Source: an uncultured bacterium
GTDB taxonomy: Bacteria; Armatimonadota; SYMT01
Direction of reading: 5' to 3'
Assembly (NCBI GenBank): GCA_964609085.1
Contig: CAZSRZ010000057.1
Coordinates: 1 to 32,135, forward strand
DNA length: 32,135 bases
In this document: positions 11,279-19,968 of the stretch, one piece after another
How positions within the stretch are numbered: the stretch's first letter is position 1
Layout of the letters: each line of letters opens with the position of its first letter
Position numbers and translations under genes: made by a program
The notes under the pieces: model-generated
What the model was told of the DNA's origin: nothing
Database searches by the model: none
The model's input: only the letters and a program-made list of their open reading frames with translations

Positions 11279-12038
11279 TGCGGGCAATACCAACATCCAC
11301 CTGGGGCTCTACCAGGGAGATTCGCTGCTGAGCCAATGGCGAATCAGCACGGTTCGGGAACGGACGGGCGATGAACTGACCGCGATCGTCGACGGTCTCT
11401 TCCGCTCCGACGGGTTGGAGCGGGCGGGCATCTCCGGTGTGGCTATCTCCAACGTAGTCCCTCCGCTCACGCCCACCCTGCGGGCCTTCGCGCGGCGATT
11501 TGCGGGTCGGCAGGCGCTCTTCGTCGGCGCGGATCTCGACCCCGGTATCCCTATCCGGTACACCCCTCCGAGCGCCGTAGGGGCGGATCGGCTGGCGGAC
11601 GCCGTGGCCGTGATCCGCCTCTACGGCGTACCGGCCATCGTCGTCGACTTTGGGACGGCCACCACTTTCGACGCCATCAGCCGTGACGGAGAGTATCTGG
11701 GAGGCGCGATCGCCGCCGGGGTCGGCCTCTCCATGGAGGCGCTCTTCCAACAGGCCGCGCACCTGCCGCGCATCGAATTGAAGCGGCCGGAGCACGTCAT
11801 CGGCGGCGGCACCGTTGAAAGCATGCAGAGCGGGGCCTATTATGGGTTCGTCGGGCAGGTGGAAGGCATTGTTCGCCGCTTCCGGGCCGAGCTGGGCACC
11901 GACACCCAGGTGATCGCAACGGGAGGGCTGGCCGAGTTGATTGCTCCGGAGACGAGCACCATCGACCAGATCGCCCCGACTCTCACGCTAGAAGGTATCC
12001 GGCTGCTTTGGGCCTCGCACCCGTCAGTTCATCGTTGA
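11262..12038 (+). CDS. coaX: type III pantothenate kinase
   Basis: The N-terminus (M)LLAVDAGNTNIHLGLY is the canonical CoaX start, and the conserved GGG/ATGG segments follow. The start is GTG at 11262, with AGGAGT at 11251-11256. Confidence 0.92.
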   Translation: MLLAVDAGNTNIHLGLYQGDSLLSQWRISTVRERTGDELTAIVDGLFRSDGLERAGISGVAISNVVPPLTPTLRAFARRFAGRQALFVGADLDPGIPIRYTPPSAVGADRLADAVAVIRLYGVPAIVVDFGTATTFDAISRDGEYLGGAIAAGVGLSMEALFQQAAHLPRIELKRPEHVIGGGTVESMQSGAYYGFVGQVEGIVRRFRAELGTDTQVIATGGLAELIAPETSTIDQIAPTLTLEGIRLLWASHPSVHR

Positions 12039-13135
12039 TCACCGACATCGCGCGGCAACCCGGGCTGATCGCGTCCACGCTTGCCGCGTCGGGTGGACCC
12101 GGCCCCACGCCGGGTGCGCTGCGCATCGGCCCGCTGGAGATCTGGCCGCCGTTGACGCTCGCCCCCATGGCGGGCGAAACCGGCAGCCCACTGCGACAAA
12201 TCTGCCGCCGGCTGGGTGCGGGGATGGTCTGCACCGAGCTGACATCGAGCCACGGACTCTACTACGGCAACATTCGCAGCCTGGAGTTCCTGCAGTGGAC
12301 GGCCAGCGAACGCCCCGTTTCTGCCCAGATCTTCGGGGGAGACCCCGACGTGATGGCCGTCGCCGCCGAGATGTGCTGCGGGGCCGGGTGCGACCTCATC
12401 GACATCAACATGGGCTGCTGGGTGCCGAAGGTCGCCCGCACTGGCGCCGGTGCCTCGCTGCTGAAGGACATGCGCCGCGCGGAGGCGGTGATGCGGGCCG
12501 TGGTCAACGCGAGCAGCGTACCGGTGACCATCAAGACTCGCGTCGGCTGGGACGGCTGCACCGGCAGCGCCATTGAGATGGCGCGGGCCGCCGAACAGTG
12601 CGGCGTGGCGGCAGTCGCGATCCACGGGCGGACGGCGGTCCAGGGATTCACCGGTCACGCGGACTGGGCCCCCATCGCGGCGGCGAAGGCGGCGGTGGGC
12701 ATCCCGATCATCGGAAACGGCGACGTGCGCGACGCCGACGATGCCCGCCGCATGTTCACCGAAACGGGATGCGACGGAGTCATGATCGGTAGGGCGGCGC
12801 TGGGAAACCCCTGGATCTTCCGGGAGATCAGCGGGGTCCTCTTTGACGGCGCGATCCCCGAACCGCCCAGTGACGAAGAGCGGCTGGAAACTTGCCGCGA
12901 GCATGCTTTTCTCATGGCCGGGCTGCGCTCAACAGCGCCGGTCGATGGAGCCACACCCATCCCCGCCGCGGCGCGTGGACAGCTAGCCCATTACCTGCAT
13001 ACACTTCCCAACGCGGCGGCGGCTCGCCGCCGGATGACCCAGGTCAACACCTATGGTGATGTGTGCCGGGTGATCGACGATGTGCTTGAGGACCTGCTTG
13101 CGGCCACCGCGGCGGGTGAAAGGACCCACCCATGA
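12008..13135 (+). CDS. dusB: tRNA-dihydrouridine synthase
   Basis: LRIGPLEIWPPLTLAPMAGETG aligns with the Dus N-terminus (MRIG...LIAAPMAGITD). DLIDINMGC, VTIKTRVGW and HGRT are all present. The ATG at 12008 overlaps coaX by 31 nt, so the true start may be further downstream. The conserved core begins at about residue 37. Confidence 0.88.
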   Translation: MGLAPVSSSLITDIARQPGLIASTLAASGGPGPTPGALRIGPLEIWPPLTLAPMAGETGSPLRQICRRLGAGMVCTELTSSHGLYYGNIRSLEFLQWTASERPVSAQIFGGDPDVMAVAAEMCCGAGCDLIDINMGCWVPKVARTGAGASLLKDMRRAEAVMRAVVNASSVPVTIKTRVGWDGCTGSAIEMARAAEQCGVAAVAIHGRTAVQGFTGHADWAPIAAAKAAVGIPIIGNGDVRDADDARRMFTETGCDGVMIGRAALGNPWIFREISGVLFDGAIPEPPSDEERLETCREHAFLMAGLRSTAPVDGATPIPAAARGQLAHYLHTLPNAAAARRRMTQVNTYGDVCRVIDDVLEDLLAATAAGERTHP

Positions 13136-13770
13136 AGCGACTCATCCTCTCCCTCGCGCTGGCCTCCACGCTGGCGGGCTCCGCCTTCGCGGCCCCGGCT
13201 CCGAAGCCGTTCGATCCGGCCCAACCGTCGTACGTCGACATTAAGAAGGTGCTCGGCGCTTACCGGCAGACCTCCGGCTTCGCCCGCTATGCCCAGAAGA
13301 TCCAGGAAAAGACGCAGGAGTTCGCCCGCGAACTCGAGGCGCTGGCACAGCTTCGCTATTGCACTCCGGAAGAACGCAAGGAAGCCCTGGAGCTGAAGGC
13401 GCGCCCCAAGCTCTCCGACGCCCAGCAGCAGCGGCTCGACGCGCTGATGAAGAAGACGGACACCCTGGAGAGCGAGCTCGCCGGGCTGGCGCAGAAGCTG
13501 AACCCCACCGATGCCGAAAAGAAGCGGATCTCCGAGCTTTCGATGATGCGAACCGAGGCCGTCCGCGCCCTTGCGCGCGAGGACGCCGACCGGCGCGACG
13601 CGATCCGCAAGCTCCAGGAAGATTCGCTGGAGGAGGTGGAAAACGTCCTCCTCGAGCACGTCGGCAAGCTGGCGAAGGAGAAGAAGATCGTCTTCATCTA
13701 CGAGCGGCGGGCTGTCCTCGTCGGCGGCAACGACCTGACGGATGAGGTGATCAAGCGCCTTCCGAAGTGA
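13132..13770 (+). CDS. skp: OmpH/Skp-family periplasmic chaperone
   Basis: It has a signal peptide MKRLILSLALASTLAGSAFA, a Lys/Glu-rich coiled-coil body, and ends ...KKIVFIYERRAVLVGGNDLTDEVIKRL, which is Skp-like. Its ATG overlaps the dusB stop in an ATGA arrangement. Confidence 0.8.
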   Translation: MKRLILSLALASTLAGSAFAAPAPKPFDPAQPSYVDIKKVLGAYRQTSGFARYAQKIQEKTQEFARELEALAQLRYCTPEERKEALELKARPKLSDAQQQRLDALMKKTDTLESELAGLAQKLNPTDAEKKRISELSMMRTEAVRALAREDADRRDAIRKLQEDSLEEVENVLLEHVGKLAKEKKIVFIYERRAVLVGGNDLTDEVIKRLPK

Positions 13771-13773
13771 TCT

Positions 13774-14772
13774 CTACTTCCGTCCCTGCCGGTTGACCCA
13801 TCCCAGCACGACGTCCCCGACCACCTTCAGGGAGATGGGGCTGCACTTGTCCGGGGTGTCCGCCTGCGTGTGCCACCAACTGTGGCCGGGTCCGTAGTCG
13901 AAGTCGATCAGGTCGATCACCTTCAGCCCACGGGCAATGAGGGGGAGGTGATCGTCCTCAATCCGGTTGCCCACCTGATTCGGGAAGTGACGGTCCAGCC
14001 CCAGGTCCCGCGCCGTGCCGTACACTTCTCGCACCACCTCCGGGCAAGACTCCACAGAGTGGCCCTCTTGGGGGATGCGCAGGTCACGATCACCGATCAT
14101 ATCCAGCAGGATCCCCCGCTTTGGGACATCTGGTGGAAGGTGGGCGGCGAAGTACGACGCTCCGAGAAACATGTCCTCGATGCCGGGGCCGAAGTCTTCG
14201 CCGTCAAAAAGGACGATCATCACCGGCACGGGAGGCGCCTGCCGCTTCAGCGAGCGGGCGATCTCCAGCAGCACCGCCACGCCGGAGGCGCCGTCGTTGG
14301 CGCCGGGGAGCGGCTTGCTCCGATTGCGGGCATTGGGATCGTAGTCGGAGGTCGGCCGGGTGTCCCAGTGCGCACACAAGATGACGCCGCGATCCGGCGC
14401 TGTGCCGCCCGCCCCTTTCCACCGCGCGATCACGTTCGTCATGGCGAGGCGCTTGCCGCGGATGGTGCGGTCGAAGTCCTGGCGCTCCACGCTGTCCGCA
14501 AGGGGTTTGAGGGTCTCCAGGTACCAATCCCGGCAGGCGGCGGCCGTGGCCGTATTCGGCACGCGCGGCCCAAATGCGACCTGCTTCTTCAAGTCCTCAT
14601 AGGCCCGGTCGCCGTCGAACGCCGGCCGAGAGGCGGGAGCGAAGAGGACGCAGGCGAGGGCGCCACCCAGCGCCGCGCCGAGGATGCCGAATAGTGCCAG
14701 CGGCCGACGGCGGGCGCGGCTTGCCCGGCCGAAGCTACCGGTCGCTGCCACGGGACTGCTGCAGGTAGGCAT
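13774..14772 (-). CDS. M28-family peptidase, glutaminyl-cyclase-like
   Basis: It has an N-terminal signal anchor. CAHWDTRP, GANDGASGVAVLLEIA, FDGEDFG and HTQADTPDK are M28 / bacterial glutaminyl-cyclase-type motifs. It lies convergent with skp, with only 3 nt between their stops. Confidence 0.8.
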   Translation of the reverse strand: MPTCSSPVAATGSFGRASRARRRPLALFGILGAALGGALACVLFAPASRPAFDGDRAYEDLKKQVAFGPRVPNTATAAACRDWYLETLKPLADSVERQDFDRTIRGKRLAMTNVIARWKGAGGTAPDRGVILCAHWDTRPTSDYDPNARNRSKPLPGANDGASGVAVLLEIARSLKRQAPPVPVMIVLFDGEDFGPGIEDMFLGASYFAAHLPPDVPKRGILLDMIGDRDLRIPQEGHSVESCPEVVREVYGTARDLGLDRHFPNQVGNRIEDDHLPLIARGLKVIDLIDFDYGPGHSWWHTQADTPDKCSPISLKVVGDVVLGWVNRQGRK

Positions 14773-15851
14773 GGATGAATCCTTCCAACTCGCCGTCCAT
14801 CACGGCGATGATGTTGCCGGACTCGAACTGCGTGCGATGGTCTTTCACCATTGTGTAGGGCTGGAAGACGTAGGACCGGATCTGGCTGCCCCATTCGATC
14901 GCGCGCACATCCCCGCGGAGTGCGGTGAGCTTGGCTTCGGCTTCCTTCCGGGCGATCTCCGCGAGCCGCGACTTCAGCACCCGCATGGCAAACTCGCGGT
15001 TCTTCAACTGCGATCGCTCGTTCTGACACGAGACGACCATCCCGGACGGTAGGTGCGTGATCCGTACCGCGGTCTCATTCTTCTGCACGTTCTGCCCACC
15101 GGCGCCGCCGGAGAGGTAGGTGTCGATCCGGAGGTCCTTGGGGTTGATCTCGACCTCTTCCTCGGCTTCGATCTCAGGGATGACGTCGACGCTGGCGAAG
15201 GAGGTGTGCCGCCGCTTCGCCGCGTCGAATGGGGAGATGCGGACGAGGCGGTGCACCCCGTGCTCGCTCTTCAGCATGCCGTAGGCCATTTCGCCCTTGA
15301 CGTGGATCGTCACGCTCTTCAGCCCTGCCACTTCCCCCTGCACCTCATCGATGATCTCGGCCTTCAGGCCGGTCCGCTCCAGGTAGCGCAGGTACATGCG
15401 GAGCAACAGCGTCACCCAATCGCACGACTCCGTGCCGCCGGCCCCCGCATTGATCTCCACCAGGGCAGCGCAGCGATCATGGGGCCCGGAGAGGATGTCG
15501 GTCATCTCCAGGAGTTCCCACTCCTTGCGGAGGCGCGCCAACTCTCGCGCGACCTCTTCCTGGTACGGACGGGCACTTTCCGGATCGTCCTCAGCGGCAG
15601 CCAGCTCGAGCATCTCGGCGGCATCTCGCAGGCCGGTGTCCAGCCGATGCCAAGGCTGTGAGATCGCCTCGAGTCGGTTCAGCTCCTGCATGGCGGCCTG
15701 AGCCGCCTCGCGGTCGTCCCAGAAGGCGGGAGCTAGGGCAGCCTCGCGGAGCGCGACCGTGCGTGCATCCTTGCCGGCGACGTCAAAGATGCCTCCCCAG
15801 CTCTCTCACCTTTTCGGAGAGAGCTGTGACTTCTTGCTTCAAGTCATCCAT
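14735..15851 (-). CDS. prfB: peptide chain release factor 2, with programmed +1 ribosomal frameshift
   Basis: Frame 0 is ATG(15851) MDDLKQEVTALSEKVRELGRHL, ending at a TGA. After a +1 shift at CTT TGA C, the body reads DVAGKDARTVALREAA...MQELNRLEAISQPW...SGGAGGQNVQKNETAVR (the GGQ motif)...SPF. The ORF track lists only the downstream 14735..15691 part. Confidence 0.93.
15783..15798 (-). promoter_or_regulatory. RF2 autoregulatory frameshift cassette: SD-like GGGGAGG, 3-nt spacer, CTT TGA C
   Basis: The mRNA reads GGGGAGG CAT CTT TGA C. The SD-like element is the complement of 15792-15798. CTT is the complement of 15786-15788 and TGA the complement of 15783-15785. The 3-nt spacer matches the E. 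coli prfB arrangement (AGGGGG TAT CTT TGA C). Confidence 0.9.
15799..15825 (-). other. perfect 9-bp stem / 9-nt loop hairpin immediately 5' of the RF2 frameshift SD-like element
   Basis: The mRNA reads AGCUCUCUC-CGAAAAGGU-GAGAGAGCU. All nine pairs are Watson-Crick. It abuts GGGGAGG directly and lies within prfB codons 9-17. Confidence 0.6.
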
Positions 15852-15869
15852 TCAGATCACCCACTCTTA

Positions 15870-16151
15870 TCAGCCGGGGCGGTTGATGTCGGTCGACGCG
15901 GGGGACGTTGCGTCGTCCTCGCCGCCTTCGAGCCATCGCTCGTAAAGTTCTGCCTGACGGAGCACCTGCTCGCGAAAGGCGCGAACGAATTCGGTGTCCT
16001 GTTCGTGCAGCCAACCATACCCCATCGCTGAGGCGAACGTCCGGCTCTTCAAGATCTGCGCTGCGTACATGGCGGGCGGATACGGAACCGCAAAGATCCC
16101 CTCGTCCGTTTCGGATCCCGGTTCGCCCGGTGCCTGTGTCTCTTCCGTCAC
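15870..16151 (-). CDS. small acidic hypothetical protein (93 aa) between secA and prfB
   Basis: It starts with GTG at 16151, with GGGAG about 9 nt upstream. There are only 18 nt between its TGA and the prfB ATG. The sequence MTEETQAPGEPGSETDEGIF...ELYERWLEGGEDD has no recognisable family. Confidence 0.45.
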   Translation of the reverse strand: MTEETQAPGEPGSETDEGIFAVPYPPAMYAAQILKSRTFASAMGYGWLHEQDTEFVRAFREQVLRQAELYERWLEGGEDDATSPASTDINRPG

Positions 16152-16186
16152 GCTAGCTTGCTCCCACCAGGAGGCGGCTCATCGAC

Positions 16187-16222
16187 TTCGGCGACATCGG
16201 CGACATCGGCAATATCGGCGAC
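16187..16222. repeat. short tandem repeat, 9-bp unit CGGCGACAT x about 3.5 (one degenerate copy CGGCAATAT)
   Basis: ttCGGCGACATCGGCGACATCGGCAATATCGGCGACc lies in the secA / small-ORF intergenic region. Confidence 0.7.
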
Positions 16223-16233
16223 CGACCGGGGCC

Positions 16234-19200
16234 TCAGGCTGCCCCCGTCTTGAGGCAGCAGAACTTGTACTTCTTCCCACTGCCGCAGGGACAGGGATCG
16301 TTGCGGCCCACCGTCCGACGGGCGTCCGGCCTCGAACCAGCGGCCACGGAAGCACCCTGACGACGCGCACCATTGGGGCCGGACGTCACGCGGCGGGGCT
16401 GGAGATCGTCCGGTTCGTCCGGCACGGCAGCGAGGATGGGGCGTGGCGGCGGCGGGGCCTCCTGCCGCACGGAGAGATGGTACATCCAGTTGACCATGTC
16501 ATCCTGGATGCTCGACTGCGTGCCGTTGAACATCTCGAAGGCTTCCTTCTTGTAGATGGCCAGCGGATCCCGCTGCTCGTAACCGCGCATCCAGACGCCT
16601 TCGCGCAGGTAATCCATCGAGTTCAGGTGCTCGACCCACTTCCTGTCGATGGTCTGCAAGGTGATGTGACGCTCGGCGTCGCGTGGATCGAAGCCGGCCT
16701 CTCCCAGTTCCTTCTCCTTCTGCTCGTAACGCTTCTCGGCCAGGTCAAAGAGCCACTCCACGAGTTCTTCTCGCGACTTGCCTTCCAGATCGGCCGGGCG
16801 CGCCTGGAGGGAGACGTCGAAGAGGAGGTCCATCTCGTCGTAGAGACCGCGAAGCTCCCAGGCATCCTCGGTCAGTTCCGCGGGGCACTGCCGGCCAACC
16901 GCCTCCTCGATCATGCTGTAGGCGTGATCGAGGATGGTGTCCCGCAGATCCGCGCCATGCAGAATCTGGCGCCGCTGCTTGTAGATGACGTCGCGGTGTA
17001 CGTTCATCACGTCGTCGTACTCCAGCGTGTGCTTCCGGATGCTGAAGTTGTGCTCTTCGACCTTGCGCTGGGCGCGCTCGATGGCGCCGCTGAGAATGCG
17101 CGCCTCGAGACATTCGTACTCTGGCCAACCGATCATGGCCCACCTGCCGCGGTCTCCGAAGAGTCGCCACAATTCGTCTTCGAGGGAAAGGTAGAAGCGG
17201 CTCTCCCCAGGGTCCCCCTGCCGGCCGGATCGCCCGCGAAGTTGCCGGTCGATGCGGCGGCTTTCGTGTCGCTCGGAGCCAATGATGGCCAGGCCTCCGA
17301 GACGGGCCACCTCGGCGCTCTCGGGCGAAGGGTAGACCTTCTTGACGCCGCTGGAAAGGTGCACTTCCGTTGGGGTGCCCGGATCATCCGGCGCCCGCTT
17401 GCCTCCGAGCATGATGTCCACGCCGCGGCCGGCCATGTTCGTGGCGATCGTGATGGCGTGTTTGCGGCCCGCGTCGGCGATGATCTCGGCTTCTCGCTCG
17501 TGGTACTTGGCGTTGAGGACGCTGTGCTCGATCCCCTCCTCGAGGGCACTGCGCAGCATGGGGTCTTCCGCCGGCACGTCGAGCAGCCTGGCGAGCGCCG
17601 CCACGTTGTCGGGGTGCATGGCATCCAGCGGCATGTTGAGCAGCTTCGCCACCGAGGTGAGGCGGGGGATGTGGAGTTCATCCAGCACGGTATTCAGCAG
17701 CGCGTGCGCCTTCTCCACCTCATCCTTGGGCAGTCCCTTGGTTGAGATGAGCTTGTCGCGGAAGATGAGGATCAGGGCCTGCAACTGCAGGCGTTCCCCC
17801 AGCCGCAACCGCTCGCTGAGGCGCTCGGAGATCTCGATCGATCGGGTACCCACGAGCACAGGCTGGCCCTTGATGTACCGCTGGAGCACGTCCAGAGCGA
17901 GCGCTCGGAATTTCTGCTCCGCGCTCTTGTAGACGACGTCGGACTGGTCCAGTCGGATCATGGGCAGGTTGGTCGGGACAACCACAACGTCCATGCCGTA
18001 GATCTTTCGAATCTCGTTCTCTTCCGTCTTTGCAGTCCCGGTCATGCCAGCCAGTTTGTGGTACAGGCGGAAGTAATTCTGAATGGTGATCGTGGCGATT
18101 GTCTGAGTCTCTTCTTCGACCTGGACGCCTTCCTTGGCCTCGATCGCCTGGTGCAGCCCGTCTGAATACCGCCGGCCATGCATCATGCGGCCGGTGAATT
18201 CATCGACGATGATCACTTTCCGATCGGCGGAGACAACGTAGTCCACATCCCGCTTGTAGGCATAACGACCTCGCAAGGCGGCGTTGACGTGGTGCATCAT
18301 CTTGACGTCTTCGGCGAGGTTGGCGATGCCGAGACCCTCCTCGACGCGGCGTGTGCCGTCATCGGTTAGCATCGCGTTCTTCGCCTTCTCATCCACGGTG
18401 TAATCGCGCTCGGCCTGAAGTTGGGCCACCACGCGATCGACGCGGGTGTAAAGGTCCGTCGACTCTTCCGGCCAACCAGAGATGATGAGCGGGGTTCGCG
18501 CCTCATCGATCAGGATGCTGTCCATTTCGTCGACGATGGCGAAGTGCAGATCTCGCTGAACCATTCGATCCAGTTCGAGCGCCATGTTGTCGCGCAAGTA
18601 GTCGAAGCCGAACTCGGCATTGGTGCCGTAGATGATGTCGCAGGCGTAGCACTCCTGCCGATCCACGGGGCGCATCTCGTTGAAGTGCGGGTCCTCGGCG
18701 ACCAGCCCCGGCTCGAACACATAGGCGGACATCTGGGGGTGGCTCTGGATGATGCCGACGCGACATCCGAGCAGATGGAAGATCGGCCCGTTCCAGACCG
18801 CGTCTCGCTTGGCAAGGTAGTCGTTTGGCACAACGAGGTGGGAGCCCTTGCCCACGAGGGAGTTCAGGAAGAGCGGGCTTGTCGCGGAGAGGGTCTTGCC
18901 CTCGCCCGTTGCCAACTCGGCGACGCGACCCTGATGGAGAACCGTCCCGGCGATCATCTGCACATCGAAGTGACGCAAGCCCAGCGTGCGACAGGACGCC
19001 TCGCGGACCATCGCGAACGCCTCCGGCAGGATCGACGTCAGCTCGGCCTCAATGGCGTCCAGGGCGGCGCGCACCCCGGCATCGGCCGCGCTCTGCGAAG
19101 GAGCGTCGGGAGCGTTGCGCCGCACCTCGCGCGCCTCGTCCAACGCTTCGACCAAAGGCCGCAATTGCTCCCGGAACTCGTCGGCACGCGCGCGGAGTTC

Positions 19201-19314
19201 CTCGTCCGTGAGCTTGCTGACCTTCGGTTCGAGCTCGTTGATCTGCGCGGCGGTCTTCCGCAGCCGCGTCACCTCACGCTCGTTGCCATCCAGAAGTGAC
19301 TTCAAAAAACTCAT
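16234..19314 (-). CDS. secA: preprotein translocase ATPase subunit SecA
   Basis: The N-terminus MSFLKSLLDGNEREVTRLRK is SecA-like. DEAD-motor and preprotein cross-linking regions are recognisable along the 1026-aa protein. The C-terminus ...CPCGSGKKYKFCC is the SecA zinc-binding tail. Confidence 0.97.
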   Translation of the reverse strand: MSFLKSLLDGNEREVTRLRKTAAQINELEPKVSKLTDEELRARADEFREQLRPLVEALDEAREVRRNAPDAPSQSAADAGVRAALDAIEAELTSILPEAFAMVREASCRTLGLRHFDVQMIAGTVLHQGRVAELATGEGKTLSATSPLFLNSLVGKGSHLVVPNDYLAKRDAVWNGPIFHLLGCRVGIIQSHPQMSAYVFEPGLVAEDPHFNEMRPVDRQECYACDIIYGTNAEFGFDYLRDNMALELDRMVQRDLHFAIVDEMDSILIDEARTPLIISGWPEESTDLYTRVDRVVAQLQAERDYTVDEKAKNAMLTDDGTRRVEEGLGIANLAEDVKMMHHVNAALRGRYAYKRDVDYVVSADRKVIIVDEFTGRMMHGRRYSDGLHQAIEAKEGVQVEEETQTIATITIQNYFRLYHKLAGMTGTAKTEENEIRKIYGMDVVVVPTNLPMIRLDQSDVVYKSAEQKFRALALDVLQRYIKGQPVLVGTRSIEISERLSERLRLGERLQLQALILIFRDKLISTKGLPKDEVEKAHALLNTVLDELHIPRLTSVAKLLNMPLDAMHPDNVAALARLLDVPAEDPMLRSALEEGIEHSVLNAKYHEREAEIIADAGRKHAITIATNMAGRGVDIMLGGKRAPDDPGTPTEVHLSSGVKKVYPSPESAEVARLGGLAIIGSERHESRRIDRQLRGRSGRQGDPGESRFYLSLEDELWRLFGDRGRWAMIGWPEYECLEARILSGAIERAQRKVEEHNFSIRKHTLEYDDVMNVHRDVIYKQRRQILHGADLRDTILDHAYSMIEEAVGRQCPAELTEDAWELRGLYDEMDLLFDVSLQARPADLEGKSREELVEWLFDLAEKRYEQKEKELGEAGFDPRDAERHITLQTIDRKWVEHLNSMDYLREGVWMRGYEQRDPLAIYKKEAFEMFNGTQSSIQDDMVNWMYHLSVRQEAPPPPRPILAAVPDEPDDLQPRRVTSGPNGARRQGASVAAGSRPDARRTVGRNDPCPCGSGKKYKFCCLKTGAA

Positions 19315-19497
19315 CGTTGCGGGGGCTCCTCGCCGGGGGGCACGGCCGCTATTCTAGCAGTAGACCCGCACCCGAACAACCAACGCCCCGGGCCGACCGA
19401 TCCTTGCATCCCTCGGCACCATGGGCCAGAGCCGCGCCACTCCGATCGCCGGACGCCGTTCACCCGCGCCACGGTTGCAGCCGGGGATTCGCGAGGC

Positions 19498-19968
19498 TCA
19501 GCTTTGTCCAGCGGCGGAATCAGCACCCGGGCCGGACCGCTGCAGCGCGATCAGGGTATCCAATCGCTGCAGGATGGCTTCCGTGTCACTGCTCCGGTCC
19601 GGTGCCCGTCCCGTGAGCCGACCTTCCACCACCCACGCGGTCACCGACGGGCCGAGCATCATCACCACGGCGGCGATCAGCTTGCCGGTCTGCGTCACCG
19701 GGAAGACGTTGGCGTATCCCACGCTCAGACATGTAGAGATGTAGTAGACGGAGTCGTCGTAGCTGTTGATCCCGGGGTTCTCGTCCCTCTCCGCCTGGTA
19801 GAAAAACCAGGAGCTCCCCAGCACGAGCGTCAACAGCGCCTCCAGCGGGTGGTCAACGGCGTAATCCAGGATGCGGTTCCGCCAGGCGCCAAACGCCTGG
19901 CGGAACTCGTCGACTTCGCCGCCGAAGGGGAAGGCCCCGATCTCAACCGGCGGTGCCGGAGCACTCAC
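19498..19968 (-). CDS. two-TM cation (K+-channel-like, Ion_trans_2) channel protein
   Basis: TM1 is LEALLTLVLGSSWFFY. The pore helix and filter read YYISTCLSVGYANV, so the filter is SVGYA rather than the canonical TVGYG. TM2 is GKLIAAVVMMLGPSVTAWVV. Its GTG start (19968-19966) overlaps the flotillin TGA in a GTGA arrangement, which points to translational coupling. Confidence 0.7.
   Translation of the reverse strand: MSAPAPPVEIGAFPFGGEVDEFRQAFGAWRNRILDYAVDHPLEALLTLVLGSSWFFYQAERDENPGINSYDDSVYYISTCLSVGYANVFPVTQTGKLIAAVVMMLGPSVTAWVVEGRLTGRAPDRSSDTEAILQRLDTLIALQRSGPGADSAAGQS

Noticed and set aside
16152-16233. possible upstream ORF through the 9-bp tandem repeat, reading ADIADVADVAEVDEPPPGGSKLA and ending at a TGA that overlaps the small-ORF GTG
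   Set aside because: The frame has no credible start codon or RBS and simply continues from inside secA. I report the repeat but do not call a gene.
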